From a virus (Duplodnaviria; Heunggongvirae; Uroviricota; Caudoviricetes): a DNA stretch of 64,000 bases. Under the pieces are notes generated by a model, which worked only from the letters and a program-made list of their open reading frames with translations, was not told the DNA's origin and ran no database searches. The DNA is taken from the IMG/VR virus record IMGVR_UViG_3300037261_000110. The stretch is one strand, 5' to 3'. The first letter of the stretch is position 1; every line of letters starts with the position of its first letter. The position numbers and the translations under genes are program-made. Shown in pieces: positions 27,597-36,376 of this stretch.

Positions 27597-28052
27597 ATGA
27601 CCAAGCGAAAACGAAAACAAACTCGACAACCTGAAAAAGAAGAGAGAATAAAGATCGCGTTCGACAAGGACGATCCGGTCGACCGTTTTCTTTATACGCT
27701 TCGTCGACCGTATCCACGCATGATTTGCAGTATTTTTCTTAACGGCGGCTGTTTCGAACTGTACAGAATTTTGAAAGAACGCTGGCCTAATGCGATTTGT
27801 TATTATGCATCGGTCGAATCTCACATCTATACCAAGATCGGGCTGAAATACTACGATATTCGCGGTGCATATTCCGAGCTGAATCGCGACGCGCATATTG
27901 CCTTGTCAGAAACCATCGAAAAAGCAAAGAAGTGGCGCGAAGGCTTAACGGTCGGTTGGCTCGTCGACTGCATGTACAAAGACCTGGGAGTTGGAGAAGA
28001 CAAAGCCCATGACCCTAGAGAATTCGATTCCGATCATGAGCTTGACTTCTAA
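27597..28052 (+). CDS. Hypothetical protein with a basic N-terminus
   Basis: 151 aa from the internal ATG. Confidence 0.5.
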   Translation: MTKRKRKQTRQPEKEERIKIAFDKDDPVDRFLYTLRRPYPRMICSIFLNGGCFELYRILKERWPNAICYYASVESHIYTKIGLKYYDIRGAYSELNRDAHIALSETIEKAKKWREGLTVGWLVDCMYKDLGVGEDKAHDPREFDSDHELDF

Positions 28053-28260
28053 CGAGTTTGATGTGCTGCTGCGTCTATACGAGTCACGCTCGGGGCGTGC
28101 TTTGTTCATGGGGGAGCGCGCCAAAAACGCCCGTAGACTCTGCTTCAAAAATCCGCCACTATGCGGCGGCTATGAGATGGGTAACGACAGCTTCGTTGCT
28201 TCGATAACGCCAGCTGGTTCGCTTTTCGTAAACGAGAGACTGATGGCAGAGGCTGCATGA
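28036..28260 (+). CDS. Hypothetical protein
   Basis: Start is uncertain; 28009 is an alternative. Confidence 0.35.
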   Translation: MSLTSNEFDVLLRLYESRSGRALFMGERAKNARRLCFKNPPLCGGYEMGNDSFVASITPAGSLFVNERLMAEAA

Positions 28261-28592
28261 TGTACACCATCGACCAATGCATCACCATCCTCGAAGGTGA
28301 TACCTCCCTTTCGCGCTTAGAGGCGCAGTCGATCTTGGAGCACTTGAAGGAACTTAAAGGGCTCGCCGCCTATCACATTCAACTTGGACATGAGTTGGCA
28401 CAGCAAACTAAACGTCACAGAAAATTGACTCACACAGATGCAGTCGACATTGCTGCCGGCGCCGAAGTTGGTAAAGTGACGATCGCGGAAGCTGATGCGG
28501 AGTGGCCTTTGCCCGGCGGTATGGCGCAAGCGCTTGCTGAAGGCTATCTTGGCGGTAGCCCGCAGAATGAAGGGTTGGAGCCGCACAAATGA
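28257..28592 (+). CDS. Hypothetical protein
   Basis: ATGA overlap with the upstream stop. Confidence 0.45.
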   Translation: MMYTIDQCITILEGDTSLSRLEAQSILEHLKELKGLAAYHIQLGHELAQQTKRHRKLTHTDAVDIAAGAEVGKVTIAEADAEWPLPGGMAQALAEGYLGGSPQNEGLEPHK

Positions 28593-28831
28593 GCACGATG
28601 ATTCAGCGTAACAATGCGGCGTTCAATAATCGTGCAATGATGAATCGCGAACGCGAAAGAATGAAGCGCTCGTGGCGTCGAAAGCAGAAACACCAACTCT
28701 TTTACTTTGTGCTTCTGTTGGCAGGGCTTGGTAGCATCGGCTGGCTCGCCTGGACCCGCTGCATTATATGGTCGATGCCGCTCGATCCCTACGGTTACTG
28801 GATATTCAGTTTTACGGCGGCGTGTCATTGA
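28589..28831 (+). CDS. Membrane protein
   Basis: TM helix LFYFVLLLAGLGSIGWLAW. Confidence 0.45.
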   Translation: MSTMIQRNNAAFNNRAMMNRERERMKRSWRRKQKHQLFYFVLLLAGLGSIGWLAWTRCIIWSMPLDPYGYWIFSFTAACH

Positions 28832-29184
28832 CACGCTGTCCAAAATGCGGCGCCTTTTCCGGCGACGATTGGAAGCAGTGCAAAGGAGGAGAATGTCCTA
28901 TGTCCGGAGTGATACCGACGCCGATGTCCAGTGATCCAGCTGAGTTTGACGGGACGCACATAATCTTTCGCATTTGTGTTGAACCGGGAGACAAGCGGAA
29001 GACGGCGATATGGCTAGTCGCCTCAAAATATGGGGGCGATCCTCTCGGCTACGTGAAGTGGTTCGCGCGCTGGCGGAAGTACAGCTTCTTTCCGGCGGAT
29101 GGTTGTGTCTTCGAGGGCACCTGCATGCGCGAGTTGTCTCAGTTCATTGAGGACCGCACGCGCGAGCATAAGACGGGGATTTGA
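28822..29184 (+). CDS. Zn-ribbon (CPKC ... C ... C) protein
   Basis: GTGA overlap with the upstream stop. Confidence 0.4.
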   Translation: MSLTRCPKCGAFSGDDWKQCKGGECPMSGVIPTPMSSDPAEFDGTHIIFRICVEPGDKRKTAIWLVASKYGGDPLGYVKWFARWRKYSFFPADGCVFEGTCMRELSQFIEDRTREHKTGI

Positions 29185-29456
29185 AAGTGTCTAAAGTTGG
29201 CATGAGCATGCAGACTGCCATGGATATCTTGGATACGAGAGAGGGTCCATACGAAGTCAGTGATGTACTATCAGGATTCTTTCTCGACGGTGACGACGAT
29301 GGGCACTGGTACGTGATCCCCGTTACGATGCGCAAGCAGTGGCAGACGTGGATCAATCGCGCTGCGGGCGATCCTGAACCTTCCTGGGCGCTTCCGGTTG
29401 ATGATCCGTCGAAGGTGATCTTTCCTAGCTTCACGATACCTGATGACACACGCTAG
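29181..29456 (+). CDS. Hypothetical acidic protein
   Basis: 91-aa ORF. Confidence 0.4.
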   Translation: MKVSKVGMSMQTAMDILDTREGPYEVSDVLSGFFLDGDDDGHWYVIPVTMRKQWQTWINRAAGDPEPSWALPVDDPSKVIFPSFTIPDDTR

Positions 29457-29881
29457 TGAAAATTCTCGTTTGTGGTGGGCGCAAAATCACTGACAGGGGC
29501 TTTGTGTTCGATGGGCTCGATACGTTTGTCGAAGAATACGGCAAGCCTGACTTCGTTGTGCAGGGCTATGCTAAGGGGGTTGATAAGCTCGCTTTGCAGT
29601 GGGCAATTCTGCGTCGAATTCCGAACTCGGGGCAGACGTATCGTGCGGATTGGGCGGGCGAAGGCATCGCTGCTGGACCGATCCGCAACCGGCGCATGCT
29701 CAACGAGCAGCATCCAGATTTTGTGGTTGCATTCCCAGGCGACGCCGGCACTCACAATATGGTGGAACAATCCTTTTCATCCAACGTTTCAGTCGTTTTC
29801 GTGACCCTGGATCGCATTTTATGTGCGCCCGTGTCGTCCTTCGAAGCCTTGAAAGTGCAACTTGAGGAGTCTATCCTATGA
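29456..29881 (+). CDS. DUF2493/YpsA-like (SLOG superfamily Rossmann-fold) protein
   Basis: ILVCGGRKITDRGFVFDGLD ... QGYAKGVDKLALQWA ... ADWAGEGIAAGPIRNRRM. Confidence 0.55.
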   Translation: MKILVCGGRKITDRGFVFDGLDTFVEEYGKPDFVVQGYAKGVDKLALQWAILRRIPNSGQTYRADWAGEGIAAGPIRNRRMLNEQHPDFVVAFPGDAGTHNMVEQSFSSNVSVVFVTLDRILCAPVSSFEALKVQLEESIL

Positions 29882-29953
29882 AGTAGAAAAGCTAAACGGG
29901 TCTTGATTATATCAGGTGGTGGCAATGCAAAAACGGAGAAGGAACTGGAAAAA

Positions 29954-30268
29954 ATGTTAGACAGACCTACTGTCCCTGTCGATCGATTTGTCGACTTCGA
30001 CAACTTCATGCGGCTGTACACTGAAACGAAATCGCCGAAGAATCGGGAGTTCTTGCGGAACCTCTACGACACAGCGCCACATGTTTTTGGCGCAAACGGT
30101 ATCGTCATCTCGGCCGAAGTTGCCAGCGAAATTCGGGCACTGACAACGCGCGAGCATGAGGAGCCGGCGGTGCCGCAGCCAAAGCGGCGGGAGCCAACGA
30201 TTGAGCCCGAGCAACCGAAAGTGATGCAGACGTTCAAGTCTTTCGCAGAGGCTTTCAGCGATAACTAA
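29954..30268 (+). CDS. Hypothetical protein
   Basis: RBS AAGGAA. Confidence 0.4.
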   Translation: MLDRPTVPVDRFVDFDNFMRLYTETKSPKNREFLRNLYDTAPHVFGANGIVISAEVASEIRALTTREHEEPAVPQPKRREPTIEPEQPKVMQTFKSFAEAFSDN

Positions 30269-30290
30269 ACGGCTTCGACGACCAACCCAA

Positions 30291-30329
30291 CGCCGCTAGA
30301 GAGTCAGCTCTCTGGCGGCGTTTATTTTT
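30291..30329 (+). terminator. Rho-independent terminator (13-bp stem, CGCCGCTAGAGAG/CTCTCTGGCGGCG, then TTTATTTTT)
   Basis: Seen directly. Confidence 0.75.
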
Positions 30330-30416
30330 CGCTTGCTATGTTAACCATATTGTGTTAGCGGTTTTTCTCGAAAAAGCGAATGAACTCGAAAATTTTCGTT
30401 TCAAAGGAAAACCAAA

Positions 30417-30962
30417 ATGACCGCAAAGAAAATTTCTGTATCGTCGTCGGCTAACAGGTACGGTGGTCTTCCAGACAAGCTCTGGCAGATGCTGTCTCTC
30501 GCGCTCGACGATTTAGCTGCGGTCGAGAAGATGAAGGATAAGTACGTCGTTCGCATGGACATATGGTACATGCACGGCTATGTCAATGAAGCCGTGCGCG
30601 TGGCTAATCGTCCAGATTCTTTCGAGAAATACGACGACTTCATGGCAAAGCCGACAGAGATTTGCGGAATCTGTTTTGCCGGCGCTGTCATGGCTTGCAC
30701 ACTCGGCGACGGTCCTGATGATCTTCAGCCAGAAGATTTTCCCGAGTTTATCAAGTGCAAGCTTAAGGCTTGTGATATGGCTCGCGGCGGCGGCATGGAA
30801 ACGACGCTCAATACCTTTTACGGTAATTGGGATTGGGACCCGGATTCAAGCAAAACCAGAAAGCTGAAGAATGTTGTCGTGCCAGCGTATGATCGCGATC
30901 GCGCCGGCTTCAAGCGCGGGATTAACACAATGATCAAGCAGTTAAAGGCAGTGGACCTTTAG
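30417..30962 (+). CDS. Hypothetical protein
   Basis: 181-aa ORF. Confidence 0.55.
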   Translation: MTAKKISVSSSANRYGGLPDKLWQMLSLALDDLAAVEKMKDKYVVRMDIWYMHGYVNEAVRVANRPDSFEKYDDFMAKPTEICGICFAGAVMACTLGDGPDDLQPEDFPEFIKCKLKACDMARGGGMETTLNTFYGNWDWDPDSSKTRKLKNVVVPAYDRDRAGFKRGINTMIKQLKAVDL

Positions 30963-30964
30963 TA

Positions 30965-31219
30965 ATGAAGCAGGTATCAACCGAAGGTCCGATCCTTTTC
31001 GCGAAACATACCTTCAAGACGAAAAAAGGCGAGCGCAAAGTCGAGACTCCGGTCTTCGGCATCAATTATCTCGACAACTCACGCTATCCGCGCGGCAAGA
31101 TGAAGCCTTGTATGTATTCGATCCCGCTTCCAGTTGCGACGACTGCGCAGGACATATCCCACATCGCGGCTGCGGTCGCCAAACGTGAGCGCAAAAATGC
31201 CAGACGCGCAGCTCACTGA
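30965..31219 (+). CDS. Hypothetical protein
   Basis: 84-aa ORF. Confidence 0.45.
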   Translation: MKQVSTEGPILFAKHTFKTKKGERKVETPVFGINYLDNSRYPRGKMKPCMYSIPLPVATTAQDISHIAAAVAKRERKNARRAAH

Positions 31220-31448
31220 TGCCGAGCGTCACCGTTTCGTCGATTATCTCCGCCTCGAAGCCGCGAACGAAAAAGAACTTGTCAAGCAACTAGCAAAAGC
31301 GGCCGGTCCTGTGACGACTGGTATTGTGGAATCAGGTGTCCTCAGTGTCATGCCAGAAGCAATTCGGCGCCGCATGATGGAAATCATAGCGATGGAGTTG
31401 GTCGCTAACATGCTCGACGAGACGGAAAGTGTAGTGGTAGAATCATGA
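31197..31448 (+). CDS. Hypothetical protein
   Basis: 83 aa from the internal Met. Confidence 0.4.
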   Translation: MPDAQLTDAERHRFVDYLRLEAANEKELVKQLAKAAGPVTTGIVESGVLSVMPEAIRRRMMEIIAMELVANMLDETESVVVES

Positions 31449-31582
31449 TCGAATTCATCGGTGAAGCTGTAGTCATCGTCATCCTGGTAGTCGGGACGCT
31501 GAAAGCTCTACAGTGGATATCTCACAAACAAACGACTACCTATATCGTCGAAAATGAAAAGGACAAGGACGAACATGCCTAG
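31445..31582 (+). CDS. Small single-pass membrane protein (45 aa) immediately upstream of the SPFH gene
   Basis: ATGA overlap with the upstream stop; TM helix AVVIVILVVGTLKAL. Confidence 0.4.
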   Translation: MIEFIGEAVVIVILVVGTLKALQWISHKQTTTYIVENEKDKDEHA

Positions 31583-32501
31583 ATCAAATTTCGGTGACAG
31601 TGAAAGGGGCACACGCAGCCGTTCTCTTTCATTCGGTGGCATCGGTCTGATCGTTGTCGTCGTGCTCGGACTCATAGTAGCCTGGGATGGCTATTACACG
31701 GTCGATGCCACGCAGGCGGCGATCGTCAAGCAATGGGGCGCCCTTTCTGACGTGACCTTCGAGGGGCTGCATTTCAAGATACCGTTTGCGCAGACCGTGG
31801 AGTATATCGATCTGAAGCAACAGACCGATCTGTACAATCCGGTTGAGGGCTATACAGCTGATCAGCAAATCGCCAATATGTCGGTTGGCGTCCAGTGGCA
31901 CGTCAATCGAGATCGCGCCAGTCTGGAAGCGCTCTATCGGCAATACACTGACGTGCCCGGCGTCAAGGCGAAGCTGATCGACTCAAACCTGCCGACGTTC
32001 CTGAAGAATGTCTTCGGGCAGTACACGGCGGTCAAAGCCATTCAAGATCGTGCCAAGTTGAACTCTGATATCACGACGGCGATCGTCGCCTCTATCGGCA
32101 AAGACTCGCCGATACAGGTAGAGCACGTCAACGTACAAGATATCAAGTACGATCCGACTTATGAACGCGCCATTACAGAGCGCAATCAAGCCGAAGTCGC
32201 GGTTCGTACCAAGGAACAGGACTTGGCGAAGGCCAAGGTCGAAGCCGATATTGCTGTGGCGCAGGCGACAGGTCAAGCAAATTCTGCACGCGCTAAGGCG
32301 GAAGGCGATCGTGATGCCGCTATCGCCGCCGGCAACGGCAAGGCCAGCGCTATCAAGGCAGTCTCTGACGCGCTCACGCAGAATCCGTCCTATCTGGAAC
32401 TATCGAGAATTGAGAAGTGGTCCGGTGGGGTGCCCCAGCAAATGATCCCCGGTGCCACGGTGCCGTTCATCAATCTCGGACAACCGGTCGCGAGCAAGTA
32501 A
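31575..32501 (+). CDS. SPFH/band-7 (HflK/HflC/prohibitin-like) membrane protein
   Basis: N-terminal TM helix, SPFH core (VKQWGALSDVTFEGLHFKIPF...) and a long Ala/Gln-rich coiled coil. Confidence 0.7.
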   Translation: MPRSNFGDSERGTRSRSLSFGGIGLIVVVVLGLIVAWDGYYTVDATQAAIVKQWGALSDVTFEGLHFKIPFAQTVEYIDLKQQTDLYNPVEGYTADQQIANMSVGVQWHVNRDRASLEALYRQYTDVPGVKAKLIDSNLPTFLKNVFGQYTAVKAIQDRAKLNSDITTAIVASIGKDSPIQVEHVNVQDIKYDPTYERAITERNQAEVAVRTKEQDLAKAKVEADIAVAQATGQANSARAKAEGDRDAAIAAGNGKASAIKAVSDALTQNPSYLELSRIEKWSGGVPQQMIPGATVPFINLGQPVASK

Positions 32502-32531
32502 CTTCCTTTCCTTCCCGCGATCGGAAACTAG

Positions 32532-32560
32532 CCGGGGAGTAAAATCCCCGGCTTTTTTGG
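32532..32560 (+). terminator. Rho-independent terminator (GCCGGGGA-gtaaaa-TCCCCGGC, then TTTTTT)
   Basis: Seen directly. Confidence 0.8.
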
Positions 32561-32693
32561 AGCCATACAGTGAAAAAGCGTAAAATCAAATCACCTACAG
32601 CCTTCTTGCGCGCGGTGGAGAAGAGGATGCACCATAATCGCGCCATTTCGTCGAGACAGTTTTACACTAGGAAGGGAGCCAATAGGCACGCAA

Positions 32694-32951
32694 ATGACAA
32701 AAATTCATGACACGCCATACACGTTCGCCGGCATGCCGGTGGTCGTCCACGAAGCCAAGATCGTTACGCGCACCTGGAAGGAACGCCTGTTTTCTCGCCC
32801 CTGGCGTCCGTTTCGAAACTTCAAAATCGTTCCGCCAGCAATCCCGGATGGACAGGTTTTTCGTGTGGTTGACACATGGCATATGACTGTTGTCACCTGG
32901 AATAACCTTATGAGAGAGCTTGAGAGGGTTCCTCGAACCTTGGAAATGTGA
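32694..32951 (+). CDS. Hypothetical protein
   Basis: 85-aa ORF. Confidence 0.45.
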   Translation: MTKIHDTPYTFAGMPVVVHEAKIVTRTWKERLFSRPWRPFRNFKIVPPAIPDGQVFRVVDTWHMTVVTWNNLMRELERVPRTLEM

Positions 32952-33081
32952 ACGAACTCAGGAATCCTGTCATTTCGAGATTATTTTTCGAAAAGCCTTT
33001 ACATCTTGGTTAATAAATGCTATCTAGCCGAAAGTTGACGCGAACACTCGCGCCTTTTGGTAACAATCACAAGGAAAATCC

Positions 33082-33813
33082 ATGCGTCTGACTCCCCAAG
33101 ACATACTCGATTCACCAGAAATCACAGAACCCGCCATTCTCATTTTTAAGAGCGGCGCTGAGATTCTGGTGGATGATTTGTCACCCGTTCAAGATGACGA
33201 GACTGACAACTTCGTTGCCGACGACTTCGGCTATTGTCGCATGGTAGCGATCGATGAAGCAGGTGCTGTCCTGGTTTTTGACAGTGACGCTCTCGAATCG
33301 ATCACATTCAGCCCCAAAGACAGCGCCGCCATCATCGGCGACGAGTATGTCGAGCAGGGCGCTTCAGGTGAAGCAACGCTCGGCTATGCCGATTCGGCGC
33401 CTCCCATGTACGCCGACAACGGTGGCTTCGACGAAGACGAGTACATTGGTCCGGACGCCGATCCCGATGGCTATATCGACGAAGCGGACTTCGCCAATCT
33501 CGTCAAGCTCGGTTTGAGCGACATCGACGATAACGATGGCGAGGGCGAGGAATACGTCGTTGGTGGCTTCCGCGAAGACAACGGAATGCCGTACGCTCTC
33601 ACGGTCACGATGTTTGATCCCTTGACCGGCGAGGAAGTCGAGATGCCGGCGGAGCTTACGGCGGTCCTCGATTCCATGTTCCTCGGCCTCGGCGGCGAGA
33701 ATATCCCCGACAACGGCTTCCTGGACCCGTCAGCGCAAGCTGGTGCCGGCGTCGGCGACCATCATGCTCGCATGTCCGTTGAAGGCGCCGACACATGGCT
33801 GGATCGCTCCTAA
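33082..33813 (+). CDS. Highly acidic (Asp/Glu-rich) protein; candidate DNA mimic
   Basis: 243 aa with very high D/E content throughout. Confidence 0.6.
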   Translation: MRLTPQDILDSPEITEPAILIFKSGAEILVDDLSPVQDDETDNFVADDFGYCRMVAIDEAGAVLVFDSDALESITFSPKDSAAIIGDEYVEQGASGEATLGYADSAPPMYADNGGFDEDEYIGPDADPDGYIDEADFANLVKLGLSDIDDNDGEGEEYVVGGFREDNGMPYALTVTMFDPLTGEEVEMPAELTAVLDSMFLGLGGENIPDNGFLDPSAQAGAGVGDHHARMSVEGADTWLDRS

Positions 33814-34169
33814 TCGATCCCAAACTTCGATCGATCACGACAATCAAAATCATCAACAACGCGGATATCTTCCGCGTTGTTGGCGGTGATTTTGTCTCGA
33901 AGAGGACACCTGACAATAATCTGGTTCACTATCTTGTCGAACCAGATGCGAATGAATGCGGATTTTGCATTCGCGGCATGCACATGCCAGAAGATTTTAT
34001 TTTCAGTATGAGCGTCATTACCGGTTCTCGTCCTTATCAGGATTCTCCTTATTGGAATGCAAATTTCAGTTACTTTAATATTCTCAACAATGTCTTATTT
34101 TTGACAAGAACTGAGAGTAACGAATACATACTAACACAGCCGGAAAAGGTTGTTTGGAGTAGCAAATGA
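33795..34169 (+). CDS. Hypothetical protein with visibly AT-richer codon usage
   Basis: 124-aa ORF. Confidence 0.35.
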   Translation: MAGSLLIDPKLRSITTIKIINNADIFRVVGGDFVSKRTPDNNLVHYLVEPDANECGFCIRGMHMPEDFIFSMSVITGSRPYQDSPYWNANFSYFNILNNVLFLTRTESNEYILTQPEKVVWSSK

Positions 34170-34645
34170 ATGTAGATCGTCTTAGGCGGCTAGCAACCGC
34201 TTTGCGTAGTCGAGAGTTCCCCGAACATGTCGCTTTCAATCTTTGCTATGTGAAGCATGACTTCGCTTCCGGCGATCTGACAGTGGATGCGGACGGAGAT
34301 TTGTACGACACCAGCATGGATGTGAAACTTCACGTCAATGGAAAACAGCCGAAAGGCACTGACTGGTGCGGGACTTGTTGCTGCAATGCCGGCATGACCA
34401 TCATGCTTTTTGAACCGTTGACTTATTGGGACAAGTCACCACGTTTTCCAGCTTACCAGCTGGCGCAGAAGCTCCTCGGGCTTGACGACGACGAAGCGGA
34501 ACAGCTCTTCATTCCTGATCCTCGCTTCTGTCCGCTCGATTGGGAGAAAGTTACGCCGGAGCAATCTGCCGACGTGATTGACAATCTGATCGCGACCGGG
34601 AAGGTTGACTGGTTTGTAATCGCTCCGCTGGCAATGGCGGCATAA
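34166..34645 (+). CDS. Hypothetical protein
   Basis: 159-aa ORF. Confidence 0.5.
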   Translation: MNVDRLRRLATALRSREFPEHVAFNLCYVKHDFASGDLTVDADGDLYDTSMDVKLHVNGKQPKGTDWCGTCCCNAGMTIMLFEPLTYWDKSPRFPAYQLAQKLLGLDDDEAEQLFIPDPRFCPLDWEKVTPEQSADVIDNLIATGKVDWFVIAPLAMAA

Positions 34646-34656
34646 AAGGACGAACC

Positions 34657-34956
34657 ATGGCGATGCGCTTTGTTGACCCGTCCGTCTGGAATGCGGTCAA
34701 AGTTAAGGAAATGACGAAGAAAGAGATTCGTGCTCTGATCAAAGACGCGAAGAGTCTTCAATTCTTTGTTCATCCTGGGTACTGCACCTTTACCGACGAG
34801 ACAGTCTTTCGCGTCGAAGTGAGCAAGGCTTGGGCGAGCGAGTTTGTCACTACTGTCCCGGTTGATGATCTTCCAGGCATTCAGGTGATCGATTACGAGG
34901 GTGAAAAACTAATGCGTTTCTGGCCGAAGGGAACGTTCAACGTCATCTCGGGATGA
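34657..34956 (+). CDS. Hypothetical protein
   Basis: 99-aa ORF. Confidence 0.45.
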   Translation: MAMRFVDPSVWNAVKVKEMTKKEIRALIKDAKSLQFFVHPGYCTFTDETVFRVEVSKAWASEFVTTVPVDDLPGIQVIDYEGEKLMRFWPKGTFNVISG

Positions 34957-35354
34957 ATAATCATCTTGAATATCAGCGAGCTTGGACAAAGAAAAATCTC
35001 GCTCGCGTACGTGCTCAGCAGCGAGCATGGTATCAAAGAAACATAGAGACAGTACGGAAGAAAGCAAAAGAGAAAAACGCTTTACATCCTGAGATAAAGC
35101 GTAACGAAAAACTTCTAACGAGATACGGTATCTCGGCAGAAGAGTGGCAAAAACTCTTCGAGACTCAAGGGTCGTGTTGTGCTATTTGCCGGACGCCCGA
35201 ACCCGGTTCTCAGGATTGGCATACTGATCACGATCATGCGACTAAAGTGGTTAGAGGTATCTTGTGCTTTAATTGCAATATCGGACTTGGAAAGTTCAAA
35301 GAGAGTTCCGATTTGCTATTAGAGGCGGCAGACTATTTGGACAGGTTCAGATGA
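34953..35354 (+). CDS. Endonuclease VII-family (His-Me finger) nuclease, copy 1
   Basis: CCAICRTPEP...DHDHATKVVRGILCFNCNIGLGKF matches the T4 gp49 Endo VII core. Confidence 0.7.
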   Translation: MNNHLEYQRAWTKKNLARVRAQQRAWYQRNIETVRKKAKEKNALHPEIKRNEKLLTRYGISAEEWQKLFETQGSCCAICRTPEPGSQDWHTDHDHATKVVRGILCFNCNIGLGKFKESSDLLLEAADYLDRFR

Positions 35355-35611
35355 TAGCTAATCCGAAGGAAAGGTTCGCTACGAGCTTCATTCTCGTCGT
35401 CGTCACCTTTGTTGTCGTATGCAGCTTCTTCGCAGCGCTTGCGGAGATACGGAAGTCGCCATACGCCGATCTTCATGATTGTTCTGCGGCGGAATTTCTC
35501 AATTTGGAAAAGCCACCGGTGTGGCATTGCACGGATCGATATCAAACCAAAGCAGAAGCTGCGGCTGAACTTCGTTGGGTTCAACGTTATTTCTATGAGG
35601 CCAACAAGTGA
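35351..35611 (+). CDS. Membrane protein
   Basis: ATGA overlap with the upstream stop; TM helix FILVVVTFVVVCSFFAALA. Confidence 0.4.
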   Translation: MIANPKERFATSFILVVVTFVVVCSFFAALAEIRKSPYADLHDCSAAEFLNLEKPPVWHCTDRYQTKAEAAAELRWVQRYFYEANK

Positions 35612-36057
35612 CTTTTCGCTTTCAATCAATGATAAAGCGCGCCGATCTTCGGGAGAACCCCGACGTGATCTACCTCTTCGGCGACAACGACCAGCGCAGC
35701 GGCTACGGCGGGCAGGCAGAGGAGATGCGTGGCGAACCCAATGCTCGTGGCGTCCGCACGAAGAAAGCGCCTAGCAGGCGTCCTGATGCATTCTTCTCCG
35801 ACGCGGAGTTCGAAGAGAACCGCTTGCAGATAGATAATGATCTGTTCGGTTTGTGGGACCACCTAGCAGCGGGCGGCGATGTAGTCTGCCCGATGAATGG
35901 GCTCGGAACCGGCTTGTCAGACCTTGCGGCGACCGCGCCGCGCACTAACAATTTTTTGAGACATCAGCTCGAAAACTTGCACACGCACTTTGGATACGAG
36001 CGTCATCCGGAGCGCCTGGAATCTGCCCGTAAATGCCAACCTAACAGGAGCTACTAA
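35608..36057 (+). CDS. Hypothetical protein, paralogue of 52443..52820; possibly LOG/SLOG-like
   Basis: IYLFGDN ... NARGVRTK ... GGDVVCPMNGLGTGLSDL. Confidence 0.5.
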   Translation: MTFRFQSMIKRADLRENPDVIYLFGDNDQRSGYGGQAEEMRGEPNARGVRTKKAPSRRPDAFFSDAEFEENRLQIDNDLFGLWDHLAAGGDVVCPMNGLGTGLSDLAATAPRTNNFLRHQLENLHTHFGYERHPERLESARKCQPNRSY

Positions 36058-36058
36058 A

Positions 36059-36376
36059 ATGTGGGACTGGTTTCATCAAATCTTCGCCGGTACGCAGACG
36101 CGTGTCGACTTCATCATCGCTGATGCGAAGCGTGTTTCAGATCGTTTCGACACCTTCCAGCAGCAAGCCACTGTCAAGGCTGACTCGCTGGTCGTGAAGA
36201 GCAGCATGCTTACCGACCAACATGCGGCTATGGTCGCTCGCTTGGACGCTGCGCATGCCTCTACGCAGGCAAAGATCGGCAGCTCTGTGGTCGACTTACA
36301 CACTCAGGCTGCGATTGCCGCTACTGCCAAGGCTGCGCTCGCGCCTGTCATCGCGCTCGCGCCGGCAAAAGCATGA
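36059..36376 (+). CDS. Hypothetical protein
   Basis: 105 aa. Confidence 0.45.
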   Translation: MWDWFHQIFAGTQTRVDFIIADAKRVSDRFDTFQQQATVKADSLVVKSSMLTDQHAAMVARLDAAHASTQAKIGSSVVDLHTQAAIAATAKAALAPVIALAPAKA

